A stretch of DNA of 23,539 nucleotides from Dimargaris cristalligena (lineage: Eukaryota), in contig ML002216.1 in the NCBI GenBank assembly GCA_003614675.1, positions 62,001 through 85,539 on the forward strand, in the 5' to 3' direction. The position numbers and the translations under genes were made by a program. Below are positions 1 to 8,930 of this stretch, piece after piece. Below the pieces are notes generated by a model, which was given only the letters and a program-made list of their open reading frames with translations, searched no databases and was not told the DNA's origin. Every line of letters begins with the position of its first letter. The first letter of the stretch is position 1.

Positions 1-1920
1 ATTGTAGTAACCGGCCTTGGCCCCGCGGGGTTTGAATCCACCACGACCCCCTCGGGTCCCCGACGAAGCAGAGTAGCCACCTGGCTGGCGGTGGTTATGG
101 CCATTGGGGCCGGGGACTCCTGCCGAAGGGTGGTGGACGGGGTGCTGGTGCTGGTGATGAGGGTGTTGGTGGTGGGGAGGCATCGGTCCGTTGGGATGGG
201 ACGTGTGCTGATAGTAGTAGTGGGGGTGGCCATAGACAGGGGGACCGGGCGGAAGGGGCATCCCCGGATAGCCTTGGCCTGGATAGACTGGCATTTGCTG
301 CTGCTGTGGTTGTTGCTGAGCTCCCGAATAGGGGGGGTACATACCATTGGGATAGCCATTCGTATGGGGGACCACAGACGTACCAGGGCCCTCGGTGGCC
401 GGGTTACCGATACTACTACTTCGGCTGCTGGTGCTTTGGTGACGGGGGACAGTCAAGTCTCCGCCATCAGTGGGAGGCGCCAAGCCCTCGTCGGGGACGC
501 CGTTCACAGCACCGTAGGCATGGGGCGGCCAGTTCGGATCGTACGGCGGGGGATACCCCATCATCATACCCACTGGCATGTCACCACCCTCGGGCGCAGG
601 GCTGTAGTGTGAGTACGGGGGATAGGGTGGGTAGGAACCAGGAGCCGCGTCGGCACCATCTCCACCGCCGGGATGCTGATTGACCGGTGGATAGGGTGAG
701 TACATCATATAAGGAGCGGCCATCGGGGCACCCTCGCTACCGGGCCCAGAGTAAGAGGGCTCGATGTGGGAGCCCGGGGATCCGCCCGCGCTATCTGGGG
801 GACCCATCCAAAGGGCACCATTAGGGACGGCGGGGTGGCCCGGCCAAGCGGACGGGTAGGGCACGGGCATCATGGGCGGGACACCGTTCGACATGACTTC
901 CACCATTTCCGTGGGCGCGTAGTCAGACGTGGATTGATACTCGTCAGTCGGGGGAGTCGCGGCAAGAGGCTCTTTGTCCATCGAGATCACCACGATATCG
1001 CTCTCTTTGTCCATGGGCGCGGCAGCCGGTTTCTCGGAAACCGGGGACGGTGTCGGAGGATCGAAGATCACCGAAGGGCAAGTGAAACTGATGCCCGAGG
1101 CCGGGACGACCACATACTTGCGTAGCGAATCGCCGTGGTCGAAATCGACAAACTGATTCAGCTCCCGGAAAGTGGTGGGCATGGTGGTCTGGCCGGATAT
1201 GGAGGGCGACGGAGTGGCGGCGGCCCGACGGGTCAAGGAACGGGACGGCTTGAAATCAGCTGCGGTAGACTTAAGGATGCTCGGGAATGAAAGCTTGGGA
1301 GGCTGTCCGCGGCTATGGCTTGCCAGACGGGAGAGCAGCTTTTGCAACTCAGCATAGGTCAAGGTTACGTCGGGACTGAAATCGACCACAGTCTCCTCCC
1401 CCGCACGGATTGCCTGGAGTACTCGGCTCGTTTCAGTGGGCAAAGCCACCGGGTAGGTCTTGGCCTCAAGCGCGTGGGCGAACATAAATTGAAACAGTTT
1501 ATCCAGCGCGGTGCGCTCGGCGGTACTGAAACTTTGAGACTGCTTCACATCGGGGTATACGACTGAAAGTAAGTATAGGGTGTGGATGGTCTGGCCGGAG
1601 CGGTCCTCTTCGGCTTGGGGAGCGGAGGGGAGAGCTAAGAGCTGATCGAAAAGGCGCTCCAATTCCCGAAGGGTAGCCTCCAGGGGTCCGCGCTCAGCAG
1701 CGGACAAGGCGGGGTTGCGCACATTCTGCTTCAGCTCCTCGATGCGGAAAGCCAGGGTATCAAGATAGGGACTAGCAGGGATGGGTCGGGCCACAGGAGT
1801 CTGGGAGGCTTGGGTGGAGGCCGAGATCTCAGGGACCAGGCCGGAGTTGTCCACCGGTTCCGATTCTTTCTTCTTACGAGGGGCTTCGGAACGAGTGGCG
1901 GTCTTTTTGGACTTTGGCAT
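1..1920 (-). CDS. Caprin-like RNA-granule protein (helical N-terminal domain, Pro/Tyr/Gly/Gln/His-rich low-complexity region, RGG motifs); 3'-partial
   Basis: ATG at 1920-1918. I checked all 640 codons to the window edge and found no stop. Translation: MPKSKKTATRSEAPRKKKE..., helical segment (YLDTLAFRIEELKQ...LEATLRELERLFDQLL), VTLTYAELQKLL (resembles Caprin-1 TTYKVLKEIV), GISFTCPSVIFD, a prion-like PY/Q/H-rich tract, and TRGGRGGFKPRG at the edge. The coding call is strong; the family call is recognition by eye. Confidence 0.85.
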   Translation of the reverse strand, partial: MPKSKKTATRSEAPRKKKESEPVDNSGLVPEISASTQASQTPVARPIPASPYLDTLAFRIEELKQNVRNPALSAAERGPLEATLRELERLFDQLLALPSAPQAEEDRSGQTIHTLYLLSVVYPDVKQSQSFSTAERTALDKLFQFMFAHALEAKTYPVALPTETSRVLQAIRAGEETVVDFSPDVTLTYAELQKLLSRLASHSRGQPPKLSFPSILKSTAADFKPSRSLTRRAAATPSPSISGQTTMPTTFRELNQFVDFDHGDSLRKYVVVPASGISFTCPSVIFDPPTPSPVSEKPAAAPMDKESDIVVISMDKEPLAATPPTDEYQSTSDYAPTEMVEVMSNGVPPMMPVPYPSAWPGHPAVPNGALWMGPPDSAGGSPGSHIEPSYSGPGSEGAPMAAPYMMYSPYPPVNQHPGGGDGADAAPGSYPPYPPYSHYSPAPEGGDMPVGMMMGYPPPYDPNWPPHAYGAVNGVPDEGLAPPTDGGDLTVPRHQSTSSRSSSIGNPATEGPGTSVVPHTNGYPNGMYPPYSGAQQQPQQQQMPVYPGQGYPGMPLPPGPPVYGHPHYYYQHTSHPNGPMPPHHQHPHHQHQHPVHHPSAGVPGPNGHNHRQPGGYSASSGTRGGRGGFKPRGAKAGYYN

Positions 1921-2312
1921 CGAGTTGAAGTTGGTTTTGAAAAAAAATATGAAATACTAAAGTAGAATGATACATGGTTACGGAAATGGAGAAAGTAGCT
2001 GACGTGCCAGGGGAAGGTACAGTGGGCTTAAGGTATTGGATCTGGAGATGGGAGAATGGAGTAGATAGGACGCGAAAAAGGGGTAAGAAAAAGACAGAGA
2101 TGGCGGAGTGGTTGAACACCAAGAGCGTGGATCAGATTGGTTCTATAAATGGTCAAAGAGAATGAGTTGATGATGCAAGTGAAACGGCCAGTACTTGGGC
2201 GAATAGAAGCTAGGGGAAAAAAGACGCCCGAATTGCGTGGTGGGCGAGTCAAATAAAGGAATTGAAACAAGGGTGAAGTTGGATAAGAAAAATAGGAAAC
2301 CTATCTTTATAT

Positions 2313-2336
2313 TATATATATATATATATATATATA
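2313..2336. repeat. (TA)12 microsatellite
   Basis: Read directly; upstream of the Caprin-like gene. Confidence 0.95.
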
Positions 2337-3360
2337 ATGTAAACAAAGAACCCGTAGAGAAAGATAGGATGCCACCAAGCTTGGTGTGAACAGATAAGCA
2401 GTAGAGGGTTGCGAGCAAAGTGAAGGAGCGATGGTGCGGTTTTCAATCTGGAGGGGAATGCTGCTGACCTCCCTTTGGGAAGCGGGTCGGAGGGAAATGA
2501 GGAAAAGGTTGGCAACTGAGGCAAGCCTAATAGGTGGGGCAGTGGAACCACAATAGTGAAGGGCGAGAGGGATATATACCTAGAATAGGAAAGTTCCAAA
2601 ATGGAAATAGACGAGGAGGAGGCTTCTCACAAGAAACGATTAATACCGAGAGGGGATTTAAGTGGGTCTTTTTACTAGAACTGGAAGAAAAAAACGGACA
2701 ATTTCATAGTTTAATATTAAGGCATTGCGGAACTAATGGTGGGTTTTATAAGGCCCGATAGGGATGTATAGACACTGCAAAAGTGGCGTCGCCTAACAGA
2801 GGGTACCGCTTATTTTGGGGGAAATTGGTGGAGGAAATGCTAAGCCAAGAGGGAAGTGTATGGTATTGTGTAAAGTCAATGCTGGAGGGGAAAATGAGGT
2901 TCAGCAACCTACCAAGGGTGCCTTTGTTGTGTTACTAAAGCATGGACATGTAGCTAGGATTATAGGCCAATTTCTATTATTGCGTGATTAAAGAAATGGA
3001 GGATAATCGAAATCGAGTAGGTGGAACAGGGAAATCCACTGCTTAATGGAGGAAAAACATACTTCATTAATCAGCGAAAGGGTTAAAGCAACGAGAAACG
3101 ATGAAGAAGGTCATGTGTATAGATTCCCAAGAGGACCTTCTTATACAGGCTCAATGTCCCTCGGTAGTCAATCGCATATACTCAGGCAGGCCTATCATGG
3201 TACCAAAGAGGGCTCAGGGTCGGTGCATGTGTCTCTTGGCTAGCATACAGTCAGTCGTCCGCCGTGGCATGTGACGGTCGTTGGATCATGATGGCGCTTG
3301 CTTTATCTATCAGATATCTCGGGCTCGTGGTCTAGCCTAAAGTTCAAAAGGAGAGGGGGG

Positions 3361-4909
3361 TCAATAATAGCCGTCAACTTCATCGGATGGCATTATTTCG
3401 GCCATGATCGCGTAGTAAACCACCGAAACTAGCCCACGCACTAAATGGCCAATCACAACTAGCGAACAAGAACGCCAGTATGATAGCCGGAAAAATACTA
3501 CAAGATTCAACCAACGGAGGTGGCCAATTATTCAAGCCGCCCGGAGGATATACCCGCATATAAATGATACAACAAGCATTAGTGGGGTATTCCGGAATCA
3601 CACAACAGATAACAAGCAGCCATTGGAGAGCTTCGGCATAAAAGCCGGAGTGGGCCACCGCCCTCCCTACCTTGACTTGCCAGTAATTCCGTTTAGTCAC
3701 GAACGAGCACCCCTCGACAACAACAGTACAAACACTTACTGGCTAGGGCTATGATATTTGAAGAAAACACAAGGACATTCAACATCCACGAATAATGCGC
3801 GTCACTGTAGTTCCAAATAACAATTAAGATAGTCAGGAGCTTGCCGAATGACGAGACGACCAAGGGCACGAACGAGGAGGATGGTCTAACAGATGTATCA
3901 TGTTGGGCCAGGAAAGAGAGTCAACAAGGGGGTTTGGAGATATGAGTGGGAGGGATGCAGCATATATTTATGAAACGTATTAACATGTATTTCGATTGGG
4001 AACGAGGAGGAGGTGAGTATCGACAAGCATAAAGAAACCCAAGGATATCACTGGGAATTGGCAGGTTATACATACCTCCTACTTGCCGCCGAGTCGGTAA
4101 ATAGCCATTGATAAGCCAATTGCACCCCTAGGTAAAATGTCCAAAACTCTTCGCCGATGGGATACAGCGGATAAGTATAGAGTGGGTGAGGTTGATGAGT
4201 ATTCAGCATATAGTACAATTACAGCTGCTATACTTTCGGATATATAAAGCTAGGGACATTCAGGCCAAGGCCAAATGTGGTGGAATCGGATCAAAGCCAC
4301 TTACCAGCGACACTGAGAAAAAGGATACAGCAATATTGGAGATAAAAGGGCTGGTTGTAGAAAAAGGCCGGCTGTTCATCCGGATCCATTTTTTCTAAGC
4401 GGAACCATTTGGTGTTGACGTCGAAAAGTATGAGTAGAATAGTTAGCTTGACTACGGATGGCGACAGGCCCCGGGCTTGGAAACTGGACTTATTAAACAG
4501 CAAATGGCGGTAGACCTGGGGCTTGTGCAGCATCATATCGATGAAAATAAGCACCGCATCGTGCTCGACGTAGCGATCGGCAAATTGGTGGCATTCCGTC
4601 TAGGGAAGTGGTAGGTTAGTTGTATTGCAATGAATAAGTTATATATATATATATATATATATATATAGGAATCAGCGGGTTAATTGCAAATAGTATTGGC
4701 ATCAATCTGGACAAACCAAACGACTCCCCCTCCCTTTCATTTTTAAACATAATAGAGCTGAGTAGTTTGTTATGATTGTTACAGAGAGCGGGGAATAAAA
4801 TCACGGAAGGGCTGGATGCACTTACGCATTGGGTCAACCGAATATTCCCCTTACTATACTCGGTATAAAGGGATGCCACTGCGGCCCCGCATTCGATACA
4901 AGTTGGCAT
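3361..4909 (-). CDS. ARV1: Arv1 sterol-homeostasis / lipid-transport ER membrane protein (~244 aa)
   Basis: Exons 4909-4826, 4599-4305, 4148-4076, 3885-3740, 3497-3361 (735 nt) join in frame. Donors are GTAAGT or GTATGT. Protein has the Arv1 homology domain with CxxC...CxxC (MPTCIECG...IRLTQCTECHQFADRYVEHD...IDMMLHKPQVYRHLLFN) and the later SSFGKLL...VIWNY motif. Stop is TGA at 3363-3361. Confidence 0.93.
4640..4667. repeat. (TA)14 microsatellite in ARV1 intron 1
   Basis: Read directly. Confidence 0.95.
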
Positions 4910-5716
4910 GGAGGTCGGCTACTTCGACTGGGGAATTGTGGGTGTCAGCAGGTCTAATGAAAACCAGCTACTGGGCGCAATCGAGAATGACCGATGGGGG
5001 TGGTAAGGCACGCTTCGGCTTAGAGGGGAATGCGCTTGCTACTGGGCAATGGGGCTCAGGAAACGAGATGTCTACGGAGTTGAAAGTAAGGAAATGGGTA
5101 AACCATAAGTAAAATAGACAAGGAAGCTAGGCCGTATTAAGCGTAGGCCAAGGGCCTGTCTATAAGGGAGGAATGGGCGGCTCCCCTGGACTTATAATAC
5201 TGAGGCTGTATGCTTAAATGAGGTTTTACATATATTTTAAATGGCCCGCTAAACTCGACCATCGACGGCTCAACAAAAGCGGGACTTATGACTAATATTG
5301 GCTCTTCAATAATTAAGTGGCATCTAGTTTCCGGACTTTACATAATACGTTGCTCCCAATTGCCGAGGCCATCCCCAAATAAGAAACGTAGAAATGTTAC
5401 GAAAGCGTGTTGGATCTATAATTAATTCATAGGTTGTCGGGCGCCATCTCAGATACTTAGGCAACTCAAAATAAATGCGTTAAATGCCATTTCTAAACAT
5501 TCTCACTGGTTCCTCCCTAACGATAAATTGAGGACTGCCATATAACATGTAGGCGGTATAAGGTTAATGTCATTGTCAGGGACCATTATTGACTGAGTCG
5601 ATCATTGGTACTACAAAGTAAGTAACAGTCCCCAATAAAATAATTCATTTATTATTTCACCATAGTACACACGATGAATCGACGGGCCAAAGGGAAGGGG
5701 TGAAAGAACGAGGCAT

Positions 5717-6681
5717 TTAGAAAACGAGGGCAGCACCCTTGGTCTTCTTGTCACCACCAAGTTCGAAGTGCTTGCAGCGCTTGAGAGTGATCTGCTGCTT
5801 GTACTTGCACGAGTTGCATTCCAGACGGAGGACGACCTTCTTAGTAGTCTTGGCCTAATGGGTTGGTAACGGAGGGAGGGAAATAGGGATATAGGAGGTG
5901 ACGATGCAAGGAAGTGTAAGTCTCGGAGTTTATAACACCACTTGATGTGCAATTAAAGGGGGGGGTGGTCTATGAATAATCGTCTAGTGAATACAGCAAA
6001 AATGGACGTACCTTCTTGTGGAAGACAGGCTTGGTCTGACCACCGAAACCACTCTGCTTCCGGTCGTAACGACGTTTGCCTATAAGATTTAAAGGGATAC
6101 AGCGGAAGATGGACAGGGGGGAGTTAATCATCTGATGTCTCTATTTGCGAGATTCTAGATCGCGATTCTGAGCGACCACATTATAACATCTGTCGACCCG
6201 AAATAAGGGTAGACCGCTATTAGAAGCACCGCGGTTGACTTACCCTGAGCGTACAGCGAGGCCTTGCCGGTCTTGTACTGGGTCACCTTATGAGCGGTGT
6301 GCTTGCGGCACGCGGGGCTCTTGCAGAAGGTGTTACGGGTCTTCGGAATGTTCACCTAGATACAAGGATGGACATATTAAAGATAGAGATAGCCGCAGCG
6401 GGTTAGTTTCGGTGTGTAAATCGAAGGGAAAGTGGTACCGACGATTGCAGCGTATCCATCCATCCGTCCATCGGGGCCGCATCTGAGCGGGGGTCATCTA
6501 TGTCGCCAATTGATGTTCCGCGGATTCGACGGTGATGGGTTCGATATACCATCGGTCGGGGATTATTGACTCGGGCTAGGTTCGGCGGATGGACGGACGG
6601 ACGGATGGATGGATGGAAGGGTGACGGGCTCGGGGGAGGGGCGAATCGTGTCGTCGAGGGGCGCGGCTAAACACATACCAT
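5717..6681 (-). CDS. RPL42: 60S ribosomal protein eL42 (L42/L44/L36a), 106 aa
   Basis: Exons 6681-6679 (ATG only), 6355-6244, 6079-6012, 5854-5717. Joined protein: [106 protein letters not shown]. Donors GTATGT/GTAAGT/GTACGT and TAG acceptors are canonical. Confidence 0.97.
6454..6617. repeat. Inverted (GGAY)n/(RTCC)n tetranucleotide repeats in RPL42 intron 1
   Basis: ATCCATCCATCCGTCC (6454-6469) is the exact reverse complement of GGACGGATGGATGGAT (6599-6614), which lies within a (GGAY)n tract at 6587-6617. Confidence 0.9.
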
Positions 6682-8327
6682 TTTGGGAGTGACGGATGAT
6701 TTATTCAACCCAGCAAGTGGCTAGAAATTCTGGATAGAAGGAAAGGAGGAAGGACTTGGTCACTGATGTTGAGACAATTGTATATACTTGAGGCGCCATT
6801 TGGCAAGGCGTAGGACCCCACTGATGGGGCCAACCAAAATGGCTGGGGGAAAAGTGGTGGTGATGTTAATGGTCTTTCCTCCTCTCCCTCTTTTCCCCCG
6901 CCTTCAGCCAAGATATCTCCCCCCTCTCATAATAAGCCCTTTATGACCTCTACATTAGTTGGCAGTGTAAATAGGCGGGAATAATAAACTACCCTTTCTC
7001 TCTGAACTTGCCTATACCCTCCCCTCCCCCTTCCTACTACACACGCTTCTACATTGGTCCTTGTGCATGTCCGCGTTTAACCCACCTCTGCTTTTCGAGT
7101 CGGGAATGAGGGCTCTGAATGGCCGTAACCATGGCTCAAAATAGCACATACTTCACCTTGAGTCCTGCTATTTAGGCCACGGCCTCCTTTTACCCCTCCC
7201 ATATACCGCTGGGAAGTCCTACCCGCATATTGATACGGATGAAGTGCGACCCAGTTGTATAAGGTTTTTTAATAATATGTGTATGGGAACATAGGCGGGA
7301 GATTCATTTTCAAACCAGTAATCATTGCTTCATCCAACGGATTTTATGTTATACAGTCTGGTTAAACCTCTCCCATATCACATTAAACTTCCTACCGTTT
7401 GTAATATCTATTTATCTATCAAAAGAGGATAACCACGCTGCTTTTCTGGGTGGTAGTAGAGCTACTGTCACTATTTATCGTCCGATTTACGCCTTATTAT
7501 AACATATATATATGTAACCATCCCTTTGATACTAAGCTAGGTTTGGTGGTGCCCTGAGAGGGTTACATTGACAACTGTCAAGCTCTATCATCATATATAG
7601 TTCGATAAATTTGCTATATGATTGGTCTTGGCTCCCCGTCTATCGTTACATTTTTTAATAGAATCGTTAAGGCAGGGCAGCAGCTCCTTCAGGGTACGTT
7701 CGAACATAGCTGATATAGTTTCACCTCTGTGTGTTAACTAGCTGATGAATGACATAAAATACTTGATTACATGTCAGATAACCCGGTTGTAATGGGGTTT
7801 TAGTGCCATCTTCCAAGAAACGGCGAAGTAGCTAATTGAACGGTCCAAAGCAACTATGCTCTATTCCTATAAAATAGACACCATTTGTAGTGTCTGAAAG
7901 TAGGCTGGTTATACAATACAGCTCTTTATATACTCTTTAACAAGTGAACTACCCAGTAAAAACCCTCCTATCTCACAGTGAGCGGAACTTGACTATCTAG
8001 CTTTAATGGGACTGTTGACCACTAGCGCCTGTAGACAGTGCAAACTGGCTGGGGTTGCACGATTCACACCATTCCACTTAGGCCTAACTATAGGCTCCAT
8101 TCATAGTGTCCTACAAGGATCTCAATCTCACCTATTCTCCCCGTCGGATTTCTACTGATTCGCCCTCTGATAGCCGGGCCACATCACGATTCAACCGCCT
8201 TGCCATTTTCAAGTACCGTTGATCTTTAATTGTCCGTTGTTAGTCAAGGGGCATCAAAGCCATTATTCAAATCCATACTATTTAACCCTTTTGCACCACC
8301 AGCGGCACCCAGTTTACATCCATTACC

Positions 8328-8930
8328 ATGAACGTTCTCGCATCGTCGTTGCGTTCCCTGAGCCTGGCTGCTCGTACACCAACTGCGGGACCTTCTCGAT
8401 CGCTCTCTCTGTTCGCTCGTGCCGCCGGATCGACGAGTCTTCAGCTTGGTTTTTCGTCACTGTAAGTAGAATATGCCTCTAACCGCCCAATATACAGCCC
8501 TGGTCATCATTTTACGAATTAACGGAGGTCTACTTGTCCGCCCCCCCGTTTCTCTGGGATTCATTAATATGCCTACTCATGGTGGACCTGTTTATCGGTT
8601 CTTATATTATTTTTGACACTTACCCGTTCATTATATACATTCCTATTAAACCCCCGGATCCTTCATATTAGCAACCACTCCACTCTACTGGGTCGCCTGA
8701 ACCCAGTGTCCTCAATCACTCGCCTCGCCGCTCTCCCTTCCGCTTCTCTGCAACCGGGTGTCCTTGGTCTAGGCCAACAGGTACGCTTCCGCAGCTACGG
8801 TAATGAGTACCAGCCCAGTAACTTCGTCCGTAAGCGGCGTCATGGCTTCCTGGCTCGGAAGCGCACCAAGACTGGCCGTCGTATTCTCGCCCGGCGCATG
8901 CGCAAGGGTCGCAGATACCTATCCCATTAG
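8328..8930 (+). CDS. MRPL34: Mitochondrial ribosomal protein bL34m precursor (~130 aa)
   Basis: Exons 8328-8461 and 8672-8930, phase-2 intron GTAAGT...TAG. C-terminus [40 protein letters not shown] is the L34 signature. The N-terminal ~80 aa are Arg/Ser/Leu/Ala-rich with no acidic residues, typical of a mitochondrial presequence. Confidence 0.93.

Noticed and set aside
91..1566. Several plus-strand ORFs (91-612, 306-683, 766-1125, 974-1156, 1172-1357, 1315-1566)
   Set aside because: Antisense shadows of the GC-rich 640-codon minus-strand gene.
3200..3363. Possible SECIS / Sec read-through of the ARV1 TGA
   Set aside because: The TGA is at the normal protein end, Arv1 is not a known selenoprotein, and no AUGA/GA quartet stem is evident.
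3380..3700. 106-aa minus ORF as the last ARV1 exon
   Set aside because: Splice phase requires a different frame starting at 3497 (IFFRLSYWRS...GYY*), ending at 3361.
3870..4011. 12-nt direct repeat GAACGAGGAGGA in ARV1 exon 4 and intron 3
   Set aside because: Short and low-complexity; compatible with chance.
5611..5952. 113-aa minus ORF
   Set aside because: Out-of-frame overlap of RPL42 exon 4.
7540..7600. GGTGCCCTGAGA resembling a TPP riboswitch core
   Set aside because: No P3 stem, no downstream GAUCUGGAUAAUACCAGCG-type element, and no thiamine gene nearby.
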